Assembly: GCF_009914755.1 (NCBI RefSeq)
Contig: NC_060929.1
Source: the human T2T-CHM13v2.0 reference genome, Homo sapiens
Strand: one strand, 5' to 3'
Length of the DNA: 64,000 nt
The translations under genes were made by a program, and so were the position numbers. Below are positions 27,047 to 39,901 of the stretch, in pieces (position 1 is the first letter of the stretch; each line of letters begins with the position of its first letter). Below the pieces are notes generated by a model, which had not been told where the DNA came from, did no database searches, and saw only the letters and a list, made by a program, of their open reading frames with translations.

Positions 27047-28951
27047 TCAAATTATCTTTTATATTTCTGTGATGTCAGTTATAAGGCCTCCGTTTTCATT
27101 TCTAATTGAACTTATTTTAATCTTCTCTCATCTTGATTAACCTAACTAATGATCTATCAATTTTGTTTATCTTTTCAAATAACCAACTTCTCCTTTCATT
27201 GATTTTTTTTGTTGTTCTTTTGGTTTCAATTCATTTCGTTCTGCTCTAATTTTTGTTATTCCTTTTCTTTTGTTAGCTTGGGATTTGCATTTTTCTTGTT
27301 TCTCTAGTTCCTTGAGGTATGATGTTAGGTTGTCAATTTGTGACCTTTCAGACTTTTTGACAGGCATTTAGCACTATAAACTTTTCACTTAGCACTGCTT
27401 TTGCTGTATCTCAGAGGTTTTGATAACTTTTGTCAGTGTTATCAATCATTTTGAAGAATTTTTAAATTCCCACCTTGATTTCGTTGTTAACCCCAAAATA
27501 ATTCAGGAGCAGATTGTTTAATTTCCATATATTTGAATAGTTTCAAGGGTTTCCTTTTTATTTCTAGTTTTATTCCATTGTGGTCTGAAAAGATACTTGA
27601 TATGATTTTGATTTTAAAAAAATAATTAAGACTTGCTTTGTGGCCTATCATATGGTCTATCTTGGAGCATATTCCATGTGCTGATAAGAAGAATATGTAT
27701 TCTCCATTTCTTTGGTAGGACTTTCTGTAAATAGCTGTTAGGTCCATTTGTTCTAGAGTGCAGTTTAAGTCCAATGTTTCTTTGCTGACTTTCTGCCTCG
27801 ATGATCTGTCTAGTGCTGTCAGTGGAGTGTTAAATTTCCCCAGTATTACTTAATACTGTTTATCTCTTTTCTTAGGTCCAATAGCAATTGTTTTATGAAT
27901 CTGGGAGCCCAAAATTTGGTGCGTATACACTTAGAATTGTCGTATGTTCTTGCTGGAACAAAAACATATCTTGTTCTTGTTTATGATTATATAATGACCT
28001 TTATGATTATATAATGACCTCCTTTGTCTCTTTTTACTGTTGTTGCATTAAAGTCTGTCTTATCTGATGTACAAATAGCTACTCCCACTTACTTTTGGTT
28101 TCAATTTGCATAGCATGTCTTTTTCCACATTTTTATCTAGAGTCTATAACAATCCTTCCATATTAAGTTTGCCTCTTGAAGACAGTAGATATCTGGTTTG
28201 CAATTTTTAATTCATTCTGCCAATCTTTGTCTTTAAATGGAGCTTTTAACCATTTACATTCAACATTAATATTGAGATAATGAGGCACTGTTCCAGCCGT
28301 CATGTTGATTGTTACCTAAATATTGCCTTTATTGTGTTATTGTATCATAAGCCCTTTGAGTTTTTTGCGTTCAAGGAGTTCTTTTCTGGTGTATTTCGAC
28401 CTTTAGTTTCAAGATGTAGAACTCATTTAAGCCTTTCTTGTAGGGCTGGTCTGGAAGTGGCAAATTTCCTCAGTATTTGATTGTCTGAAAAAGACTTTAT
28501 TTCTCCTTAATTTATGAAACTGAGTTTTGCTGGATACAAAATTCTTCCTGGACAGTTATTCTGTTTAAGGAAGCTAAAGATAGGACCCCAGTCCTTCTGG
28601 TTCATCAGGTTCCTGCTGAGAAGTCTACTGTTAGTCTGACAGATTTTTCTTTATAGATTACCTAATGCTTTTGTCTCACTGCTCTTAGAATTTTTTCCTT
28701 CATGTTGACTTTAGATAGCCTGATGACTACACAGATTGGTAATGTGGTTTTAGCAATGAATCTCCATAGAGTTCTTGGAGATTCTTATATTTGAATGTCT
28801 AAGTCTCTGACAAAGCCAGATAAGTTTTTCTCAAGTATTCCCTTAAATAAGTTTTCCAAACTTTTTGCCTTTTCTTTTCCTTCAGGAATAACAATGATTT
28901 TTAAGTTTTATATAATCCCATATTTCTTGCAGACTTTGATCATTTCTTTAA

Positions 28952-29268
<317 letters not shown>

Positions 29269-30814
29269 CAATTCTATTTTATTTTTGACTGATCGGGTTA
29301 ATTTGAAAGCCTTGCCTTTGAGCTCTAAAATGTTTTCTTCTACCTGATCTTGTCTATTATTATTTTCCACAGCATTTTGTAATTCTCCAACTATGTCTTT
29401 CATTTCCAGAAATTCTGATTGGTTTTTCTTTAAAATATCTATCTTTTCATTCATATCCTTGATTGTTTTTACATTTCTTTTTGTTAGTTTTCATCTTTCT
29501 CTTGTATCTCCTTGAGTAACTTAATATTCAACCTTCCAAATTCTTTCTCTAGTATTTCAAAGCTTTTATCTTGGTTTGGAAACATTGTTGGAGAGCTAGT
29601 ATGATATTTGAGGGCATATAGAACCCTGTATTTTCATATTGCCAGAATTATTTTTTTGTTTTTTTTTTTCTCATTTGGATAAACTATTTCTTCTAAGTTT
29701 TGTGAATTTATATTTGTTTTGACTTTTTAAAATTTCATTTTTTCCCTTGAGGGTATGAATTTAATATTTATCGTTAATGGTAACCTAATTCAGTTCTAGG
29801 TGTTTTCAGTGGTGAAGACTCTATTTAATTTCCTTGGTTTTAAAGAGTTTTTATATGGTTGTTTTCTTAGATGCTGGTTGGAGTAGCAATGTGCTCAATA
29901 TGTGAGCAGGTTCACTGTCTGCTGTTGGGTTGTAATGGCAAGGGTCTCATGAAGCATATTTCATTACTAAGTGGTATACACTGTTTTATTTATTAATTTT
30001 TCCCCCCAGTATCTTATTCACTGGGTTGAGCAGTTCAGGCTTCAGCACAGTAGGAGGTGTCCATGGGTAAAAATGGGCTGTGGCTAAAGCAGATGTGAAA
30101 CTGCAATATTCAGTTGTGGGCAGAGGTCCAGCCTTGACACAGGCAGCTGGAGGAGCTCTCAGTGAAACACACAGAGTTCTATTCAGGAGGAAGAGAGGTA
30201 GCCACTTCAGCTCTACTACTGAGTCAGCAGGAAACCAATCTATTTTTCAAGTCACACTCGTGACCCAGAGAGCCAGCATTTCAGATCAAACAGGTACCTC
30301 TTTTCATCTGCAGGAATGCTGATGTTCTAGGTAAAGACAGATTGTGACTCTACCCATTGTACAAATCTGAACCTGGAGGACACTATTCCTTTGGGGATGT
30401 GGTCAACCTGATGTGTTCCAGAAAGGCTGTCTACAGGTACATCCACACAAGCTCCCGTAGGAGAAGCCCCAGATGTGTCTGCAATGGTGGACAAGGGGGA
30501 GAAGTTCCATTCTCCAAGACCTTTTATTATGAGCACCAGAGCTGCCTGATTGTTTTGGTAGAGCCACAGGCTTTCCCCACTGAATACAACAGTGCACCTC
30601 TGCTTCTGCTGAAAGAAAGTTTCCACAGGTGGAAAATTCTGGGACTCAAGGCCTGCTGTCTGGATTATTTTGTCCCACAAAGTGTTCCCTTGATGTGGTA
30701 CACTCCCCCATCCCCTAGGAGAAAGAGACTGTTCTATTCTGCCAGCAGATACTGTGATGGACTGTTGGTTAGCCTCCAGCCAGGAAGTGGCACTTGCAAA
30801 ATAATGCTAGATGT

Positions 30815-31796
30815 TGATGGAGGCCAAAAGACAGAGGGTCGTGATCCCCAGCCATCCCATTACTGGTTATATACCCAAAGGACTATAAATCATGCTGCTA
30901 TAAAGGCACATGCACACGTATGTTTACTGCGGCACTATTCACAATAGCAAAGACTTGGAACCAATCCAAATGTCCAACAATGATAGACTGGATTAAGAAA
31001 ATGTGGCACATATACACCATGGAATACTATGCAGCCATAAAAAATGATGAGTTCATGTCCTTTGTAGGGACATGGATGAAATTGGAAATCATCATTCTCA
31101 GTAAACTATCGCAAGGACAAAAACCAAACGCCACATGTTCTCACCCATACGTGGGAATTGAACAGTGAGAACACATGGACACAGGAAGGGGAACATCATA
31201 CTCTGGGGACTGACTGTTGTGGGGTCGGGGGACGGGGGAGGAATAGCATTAGGAGATATACCTAATGCTAAATGATGAGTTAATGGGTGCAGCACACCAG
31301 CATGGCACATGTATGCATATGTAACTAACCTGCACATTGTGCACATGTACCCTAAAACTTAAAGTGTAATAATAATAATAATAATAATAAAATGAGGGTC
31401 GTGATCAACTCAGTATACCACTGGAGGCTATATGAGCAAACAGCAAACTATTCTCATGAATGCAGGTTGTTGGCAAACTGACAAACTGCGTCTGCCACCC
31501 AGAAGGAATGCTGAGGGCAGTCACGCCCCAGGCGCAGTGTTTCTTGTGATTATCTACAGGCATATCTGAAGCCTGTTAGCAATCATGTGAACCTGTGATA
31601 AATCAAGCAGCTGACCAACCGTTACATCCTCCTCCCTGCTCTTTCTACCCAATAAATATGAAGGACTGTAGAAACTCAGGGCCCTTGCTCACTAGAAGCA
31701 AGGAGCCCCCTGACCCCTTCTTTAAAACAGAACCTTTTGTCTTTATCTTCATTTCTGCATTCATCCCCTTCATTCAGTCCCATAGTAACCATCACA
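30815..31796 (+). mobile_element. LTR3 (HERV-K HML-6) solo LTR, split by an L1PA fragment
   Basis: ggaggccaaaag...gagggtcgtgatcaactcagtataccactggaggctatatgagcaaacagcaaac; 6-bp TSD agatgt/agctgt at 30809-30814 and 31797-31802. Confidence 0.88.
30847..31393 (+). mobile_element. 5'-truncated young L1 (L1PA3-like), ~550 bp
   Basis: ORF2 C-terminus FTAALFTIAKTWNQSKCPTMIDWIKKMW; (TAA)n tail; TSD gagggtcgtgatc at 30834-30846 and 31394-31406. Confidence 0.96.
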
Positions 31797-33619
31797 AGCT
31801 GTGGAGGTAATGGTGGGATTTATGTTTGTTCTATGTTACCCAGGGCTGGTACTCTGGTATCTCAAGCAGTGGGCAGGGCCATACAGCTCACAAAAGATCC
31901 TGTCCTTTTTGTTAAACTACCGTATCTAGTGGAGGGTCAAAGCCAGGTGGGGGCTAGGTCAGGCAAGTCTGTGGTGCTCTGGCACCCCAAGTGTGGGTAC
32001 TAGCAGCAGCCCCAAAGGGGATCAAAGGGCAGTTCCCTGGCTAATAGGACAATGTTCTAAGGAGGAGGGCAACTGCATCTGTTGCACAGGAGTCTGCATG
32101 GAGAGCGGGGAGGAGTAGGCTGCACCAAGTCCCATCCACGTCCCATGCTCTTGGCAAGGCATGTCTCACACCCAAAATATTCCACTAGTAGCAGCTAGCT
32201 AGGTTCTAAACAGTCTGTGCTCAGAAATCAAAACTGACCTTGGGCATTAGCCTTCTCTGATGAGACAGAAACCATGGCTTTCAGGCCATATCTCTCCTCA
32301 ACAGTCTGAAAAGCAGGGTTATCCACCCCCTGTGCCCTTGGCTACACCACACTTCCCATTCACCCCTTGGTTCTGGCCAAGGGGGTTTGTCCCTACTGGA
32401 GATTATATCGTGAATCTCCACTAGGAGCTTCTCTCAACCTGGGACTGTCTCCTGAGTTAGCTGGCTGACTTCCATGAGGTCACTTGAGAGGTAGGATGAG
32501 AAATGGCTTCCGTCTGTCTTTACTAGGGTCTGGGAGTACACACAAAGCATGACTTCATACCACTCCTTCTGATCTACTCCCCACCGCTCACTAAATAATC
32601 TTCAGAAATGGGTACAGTTAAGGCCTTTCCCCCTGGCCTGGATTGCCACGCTCTCCAGTGAGAGAGTACATCCTGAAGGCAGTCTCTTTCCCTCTCACAC
32701 TCTGAGGATTTAGAGTTTTCCACCTGGCTCACCATGTGGGCTGCAGGCTGTCACTTATTTCAAAGGACTTGTGATTTCTTTCTGTTTTGCTGTTAAGTTC
32801 CTGTGTTGCTTCTTAGAAAAAAGTTTGCAGTGTGAGTCTCTACACACTATTTTGCCATTCCAAGTGAGAAAGGGATGCTAACAAGGCCTCCAGTGCAACA
32901 TTTTGGTGGGAAAATAAAGTCTTAAGATGAGATATATTCACTCAGAAATCATATTTTTTTCTTAACAAATCATTAAATATAGTTGATTGTAAAAAAAAGA
33001 TGCAAGCCTACATTATCCCCATGTCATTCAAGGATTAAGTTGTAAAAAAAATTAAAAATAAGTTAAAATAAATATAAAAATACTAATACAAAACTTTGAT
33101 GCTAAAGGGCTTCTTAAATGGGACAAAAATTGAGATACTATAAAGAAAAATAGTTAGAAATATATGTATTTTTACATGGCAAAACAAAGAAGATAAAATA
33201 CACCTTATAAGCTTTTAAATCACTATTTGTACAGATATTCACATTGTCTTAATAACAAAGAGGAACTAGAGAGGAAAGTTTGGGAGTATGAACATTACAG
33301 ATAGACCTAGCCTGTATACAGGTCCACAGATACAAAAGATAAATTACAGTGAATATGAATATGTGCCTGTGTATATACATATAAATAAAAACATAAAATA
33401 TTATATATTATTAATTTAATTGTTTTTATATTTATGTGTGACAAAATGACACCTGAGAAGTAAACAATGATTTAAAGGAGACTCTTAGGAATATATACTT
33501 TCCTTGGAAGCTTATTAAGAGCCATTCATAATGTTAATGACAAAGGTAACATGACAAAATTTTTGTTTCACAAATAATATGTCTTCCAGGGTATCCAGTG
33601 TGGAAATTTGAATTAATAA

Positions 33620-33980
33620 AATTAATATGGGTGATTAAGACCAATGAGGAACCTATTTTGGAAGTTATTAAGTTATGTTGGGAATTTGTGACTTAATAGT
33701 CAAGGTAGTAATAGGAGAAAGAAGATGATCCTAAGATGTTAAACCTGTGTACATGGATGGTGGTACCTTACAACCCATTAGGAAACAGAGAAGGAAAATA
33801 CTTAGGTAGGAATAACATGATTCAATTTTGAAAATGTGGAGTTTGAGATATCTGTTGTAGATACAACGGTGAATGGTCAAATGACAGAAGCAAACTTGTC
33901 TGTGAGCTCCTCAAAGCAATCTGGACCTCAGATATTGATGTGAGAATCATCTTGGTTGTGTTTATAACAGTATGAGTTTA
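33620..33980 (-). mobile_element. L2 fragment
   Basis: gattcaattttgaaaatgtggagtttgagatatctg motif. Confidence 0.65.
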
Positions 33981-33984
33981 TCTC

Positions 33985-34130
33985 TGTGCTTAAATATCCC
34001 CTTTTTGTAAGGATACCAGTCATATTGGAATAGGGACCATTTTGTTGTTTTATCTCAGCTTGATCATGCGCAAAGACCCTATTTTCCAATATGGCCTCGT
34101 TCATAGGTGCTGGGTTAGGAATAAACATAA
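33985..34130 (-). mobile_element. MLT1B/C LTR fragment
   Basis: taaggataccagtcatattgga...gcaaagaccctattttccaaatatgg. Confidence 0.7.
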
Positions 34131-34364
34131 CAATGAGTAAATTACCTAATGCTGGTGCTTCAGTATTTGCTATCAAACCTGACACAATAGTCTCTAATTT
34201 AGTTATTATCATCAAAAGGTTGATTTTTGGTTCCCATGTAAACATTTTTAATTTATTGATTTGTTTAGAAGTCATGTGGGAGAGATATTTGGTATTTATT
34301 TCATCTCCATCAAAGTACCCACAGGTGGGAACAATGTAATTTGTGAAACTGTTGAGCTTATGAC

Positions 34365-35010
34365 AACACAAGTTGAAGTCAATTTGTTCCAGTTCACAAA
34401 AGCTGATTGTTACATTTTTAGGAATTTTGAGAGCTGATTACTAAACATACTTATTATAATAACAATTGAATAATATAAAAATAACAATTAAATATATTCC
34501 AATAAATATTCAAACCCATACTTTCTAATTGTTTTGCTATATTGCTCTATTATCTGTGTGTTTGGACTATTTACCTATTATACCTATGTGGTAGAAATAT
34601 TATATAACGGTATGCTACTGAACCCGTCTTTTCAACTTTGTACTCAGTGACATCACTCTGGAGTTTAAAACTGTCTGTGATGGGCCTATTTCCTTCACAT
34701 AAATATGAAACAACAAACTGTCAGAACTTGACTTATTTTGTTGAATCCCCAGACATAAGAGTGTAAGGAAACATTGATAATTTACATTAAATTTTAAAGT
34801 GTGTTATGTCCGTGCCTCATACATATTAAGTAACAAAAAAGGGGAGATATATTATTCTGATTCAGCAAAGAAATCACTTGCATTATTGACAAGTGAACGA
34901 ATTTCCAACATACAGCTGCATTATTTCACTGTTATTTTACTAGTTAATACAAATGAAACTATCAACCAACACTCACACCGAAACCACACTCACAGAGTCA
35001 CTAGTTAAAT
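34365..35010 (+). mobile_element. MER63-family (hAT-Blackjack) DNA transposon relic
   Basis: gattgttacatttttaggaattttg, tggtagaaatattatataacggtatgctactg, gattcagcaaagaa and tatcaaccaaca. Confidence 0.8.
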
Positions 35011-37724
35011 CTTCATTAGCGCATCATGAAATAGGAAGACATTAACGATAGCAAATTTAGATTTTTTTCCGTACAATTCCTAATTCTACAGGTGGTCAAC
35101 ATTTTGTTGGGTTGTTTACAGTAGTGGAAGAGATTTAAGAGGCTATTCATTAGACATATGTGTATTGGTGAGAAAAAGAGAGAGAAAGGAAGAGAATGTA
35201 GCTGAATCTGAGTATAAAGAGAATATGCTTGATGAAGAGACATATCAAACTCAAACTGGAGGGTTTTGCCATGAGACTTAGGGCAATTCTTCCATCCTAA
35301 GGAAAGGAAATAATGAAATAATGGGCGCAGGTGTAGGTAATTTGTATTTAGTATTGCAATATATTGAGGGAATTTACACCTGGTGTTTTACATTTTTCTA
35401 CAAAATAAATGTATTGCTCAAAGTGAAGGGGAAGCAAGAAGCATAAACAACTTTAAATCTAATTGAGTAGTTTTGAGTTATCTGCAGTAACAAACAGGAG
35501 ATAAACTAAATATTGGTGAAGGGAGGGGAATTGAAAGGCAGTATTTGAGACCTTGTGGGATCTATCAGGGGTTTGCATGATTTGAACCTATATTATTCAG
35601 CCTAGAGGGTTAGGTTGGCCTAAGGTTTGCTTTTTTTTGATTGAGATAGATGAAGGGACTCACATCTCATTGAGATGACTAAGGAGGTGGTATTTAAAGG
35701 GCAGGTCTAACTGCACTGAAAAGAAAATAAACTGATGACAAGAGACATTAACGGCTTGCAGAAAGTACAAGGTTCAGCCACAGAACACAGAAGAAAGTCA
35801 AAGAGCTATTGTGGTATGAATGACAGAGTATATACATGTAAAATAGTTTACTAATTATACTCTGGTGTTATCTGTCTTTCTAATCCTTGTATCTCTGTTT
35901 TTTCTCGTAATGGTGCTCGCTTTTCAAATTCTCAGTAAGCTAAAAAAATAAAGGCATCACAAATATTGTCCTTGTACTGGCAAATTGTAAAATTAAATTA
36001 TTAGAATTACACTTCAGTAGAAAATATAACACTATTAGCAGGCACTTTTATTCTTGAGTACTTTTATCAACTTAAGGCTAATTATCAGTGAGCTAGGGAA
36101 ATGATCAAATAACTTTCTCCCAGTTATTAGAGTTTCAATAATTTATCTGAAGTTGCATTTTAGGATAAGAGTATTGAGTGTATATATTGATTATCTATTT
36201 TTCTGTTTTACTTTCCCCAGGAAATGTTTGAGTTATTAAGTGCTTTTTTCCCATATCAGATGCTTCATAAATTGACAATGACCATAAAAGTGAAGTTAAT
36301 GAAGATTAAAAATACATTTTTATTTACTGTATTCTCAACTATACTTGGGTTATAATTCTGTACTTATATGAATGTATACAAAACTGCTTAGATTTTGTCC
36401 ATACATTGTTGAGTTTGTGTCTATATCTAATTGTCATGTTTAAAATTAACAGTTAAAAACCACAATATATAGTGAACACATGTAACGTTGAACAAGTGTA
36501 TAGTAGCCTATGAAACAATTATGAGAATTCATATAATCCAGAAGATGGTGCTGTTTACATTTCTACTGCGTTTTGGAACTGCAGCGAAACAATTTATTTC
36601 CGATTCCTCCATTGATGGGTTGTAAATTATTGAGCATACCTTTGCAATAGGAACAGTTAATGTAGCTTTGCTCTTGAGGATTTCACATTTACAAATAATT
36701 TGCATAACATTTCCACAGGAGATATTAGAAAATGTACTACTTCACAAGCAATCTCACATTAATGGAACCTGATCAGTTGCAGCCATCCCAGTTATCTTAT
36801 GCCAGGAGTACACTCAAATGTGAAAATACATATTAGTTAAAAGACCTATTTAATTTTCTGGTTACTTATATGGCTATTAAAATGCAACATGCAGACCATT
36901 AAAGTGGTGATGATCCTTATTTAATGGAATTTGAATTTATTCTTCCAAGTAGTGAACAGTTTTATACTGACATGTTAATTATGTACTATACTGGCACAAA
37001 AGATTTAGCCAGTTAACATAGATAAATGGGACACATAGTATCTATAATACATCAGACCTATTCCACTTCACTCGAAGTTTAGTAAGGGATCATGCACACA
37101 GTCTTATAACTGCTTCTGGTAATTTTGTAAGGAGTTAGGAAGAACCCCTATGTGCTTTTACCAAGACTGTCACTAGCAATGCTTACTGCCTCTGTTTAAA
37201 AAGTCATGCCCTCCAAAGCAAATGAAATAATGGAAATTTGAGCATAGCTTTTCAAATCCCCTGCAAATCAACGTAGAAACAAAAACAAAACAAATGAGAG
37301 TGATCTAAAATCTGCATAAAAATTTTTGTACAGAACAATGTTTAACTACTTTTAAATATTGAGTTAAGGTTATAATATAGAGGTCTAAATTAGTAATATT
37401 TTAAATGAGAGTGAAGAAGTTTGGCAATTCGAGTGTGCTATACCCTTAGTAATCATAGGAGAATTGATACAGATAAAAAGAAAAAAGTAAGTATAGACAC
37501 ATCATTTTGTAGATAGAGGAACCCACCAGAAAATCTGAGAGAGAAACCAAGAGTTAAAATTAGTTATTTATGGGGAGAGGAAATTCAGGTGGAGAAATGT
37601 GGAGATAGAAAAGTCTTAATTAATTATATTCTCCCTTATTTGCTACCTGAGTTTTTAAACGCATTACTATATTTCTTTTATAAAAAGTAAAATTATCCCT
37701 GGAAAAAACAAGACAGAGACTCCA

Positions 37725-37925
37725 AAGGTTGCCCAGTAGACTATCTTTATCAGAATCATTTGGAATAATTTTGGTTTTGTTGCTATGGTTGTTACAATTA
37801 AAATAGCTTTCCTGGGTTTGCCTGGAGAGCTGCTAAATTAGACCCTTTGGATTAGGCCTTGGGAGTTTGGATCTTTGACAAGCTTCTCCAGTGACTTTGC
37901 TCTGTAATAAATTTTGCAGACCCTT
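37725..37925. mobile_element. MER5-like relic
   Basis: atcagaatcatttgga...ttgacaagcttctccagtgact. Confidence 0.5.
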
Positions 37926-38404
37926 GAAAATTCTTAAGCTGGGGAAGACTGAAACAGGGGTAGGAGAGGAGGCATACTAGGCCCCAATAAACACAGGGCA
38001 GCATAATGAAACAAACAAGCAACATGATTAAATAAAACAAGAAAATACATAGAAGATTTATGGATGTTATTCTTTTAAAATTTAGATATTATAAGCTTTT
38101 AGTGGGAGATACCCTCTTACCAAATGACTTCATTTTTTTTCTGGAGCTTAATTCAACAATTAGATATCTCATTTCATTTTCCTAGATCCGTTTACCAGAA
38201 GTAATTCTAAGATTTAAGTTGCCTGGAGCAAAAATCTAAGGAGCAGAGTTGCAGCTGGTTTTTCTGATGATTGTAATTTAGGTAAATAGTCAATGCTGCT
38301 GGAAATAGAATTTGGTTTTTGTGTGTTCTTTGATAAGGTCTTTGTTGAACTAATTTGCTGTTGCTCTGCCTTTTCTAGAATTTGGAAATTAAAAGTTCTT
38401 GGAG

Positions 38405-38565
38405 GTGTATATGTGTGTATACATATATATATATGCATGGAAGTGTGTGTATATATATGCATGGAAGTGTGTATATATATATATATATGCATGGAAGTGT
38501 ATATATATATATACACACACACATACATGTGTATATATATAACTTACATATATATAACATATATA
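38405..38565. repeat. TA-rich tandem repeat with three GCATGGAAGTGT cores
   Basis: Cores at 38435, 38459 and 38489, separated by variable (TA)n/(TG)n. Confidence 0.93.
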
Positions 38566-39276
38566 TTACTTTTTAATGTTAGAATATAAAAGGATGATTC
38601 TTTTGAGCATGATACTGTTTCCAATGGTTAAAATTGTTCACAAAAAAAGACATTATTTGGAAAAAAATCTCTTTATCCTGTCAACTTTTTTCTTTTGCAA
38701 AATGTTTTCTTTTATTGTTTCTATGCTTTTTTATGATACTAAATGCTCACAGCTTTTTAAACAACAAAAAATTTCTAAAAACTATTTTCAACATAGGAAT
38801 GTTACAGGAAGTGGTTGCATTAATTAATTCAGTCCCTATATAACTAATTAATTGTGTGATCCCTTACCAAACTATCTTACACTGGATACTTTGCATAAAA
38901 AATTACATTGATATGTATGCTTTTAGTCACTGGATTTAATATTGAGACAAGTGACACATATACAAAATATAACTCTTGGAATTCATGAACTAAATTTATA
39001 CTCACAAAGTTGTGTGAGGACAACTAATCTATATAGCAGATCTAATTAGAATTTGGCTCTATTCTTAAACACAATTTACAAACTTAAATGGACTTGTTGG
39101 CAGAAATGCATGATATAACGCTCTACATCCTACGCTTATGGCCAGGTGTTATACAATATTTAAATAAAAATCTTAAAAACATGATCTTTTGAGCGGCACT
39201 CTTGGTTAATGCCTCATATTGGATATCCTGATGCTTTAACATGTGAGTTGATTTCTTGCATGTATTGTATACTTAG

Positions 39277-39638
39277 TGTCTTAGTCATTTCAGGCTACTA
39301 TAACAAAGTACCATAGATAGAGTGGCTTATAAACAACAGAAATATATTTCTCATAGTGCCATGGGCTGAAAGTCTGAGATCAGGGTGCCAGCATGGTCTG
39401 GTTCTAGTAAGGGCCTTCTTCTAGGTTGCAGACTGACAATTTCTCACTTTATCCTAACATGGTGGAAAAGAGTGACCTAGCTCTTTTGCCTCTTCTCTTA
39501 AGGACATTAGTCCCATTGATGAGAGCTTCATCCTCATGACCTAATTACCTCCTGAAGCCCCACCTCCAAATGCCATCACGCTGGGAATTGGATTTCCAAA
39601 TATGAATTAGGGAGGGACAAAATATTCATTCCATAACA
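39277..39638 (-). mobile_element. MLT1A0-like solo LTR
   Basis: tgtcttagtc...ggcttataaacaacagaaat...ccataaca; TSD cttag at 39272-39276 and 39639-39643. Confidence 0.93.
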
Positions 39639-39842
39639 CTTAGCGTCTACTTCCTCTCTGTAAATTGTTTCAGTTCCTATTTATATTTCCTCTATTTTTA
39701 CTGTGACAGGACCATGTTAAATAATTTTTTCTCTATGTTTATAAGCATTGAGATACATAACAATTTAAAATGAAATGTTTAAAAAATGTAATGACAGTGA
39801 TAAACAAACTAGACATCTTTGTACCTCTTTAGACCTCTTTGT

Positions 39843-39880
<38 letters not shown>

Positions 39881-39901
39881 TGTGTGTATGTGTCTGTGTG
39901 T
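39843..39901. repeat. (TG)n microsatellite
   Basis: Seen directly. Confidence 0.96.

Noticed and set aside
30357-30947. Longest ORF in the window (196 aa)
   Set aside because: Starts at TTG and runs across antisense L1PB 5' UTR, LTR3 and an out-of-frame L1PA piece; a chance read-through of repeat junctions
33928-34371. 147-aa minus-strand ORF
   Set aside because: Overlaps L2 and MLT1 fragments; non-ATG start; no domain
38430-38505. Repeat-spacer pattern resembling a CRISPR array
   Set aside because: Spacers are (TA)n, repeats are only 12-13 bp, the context is primate and there are no cas genes
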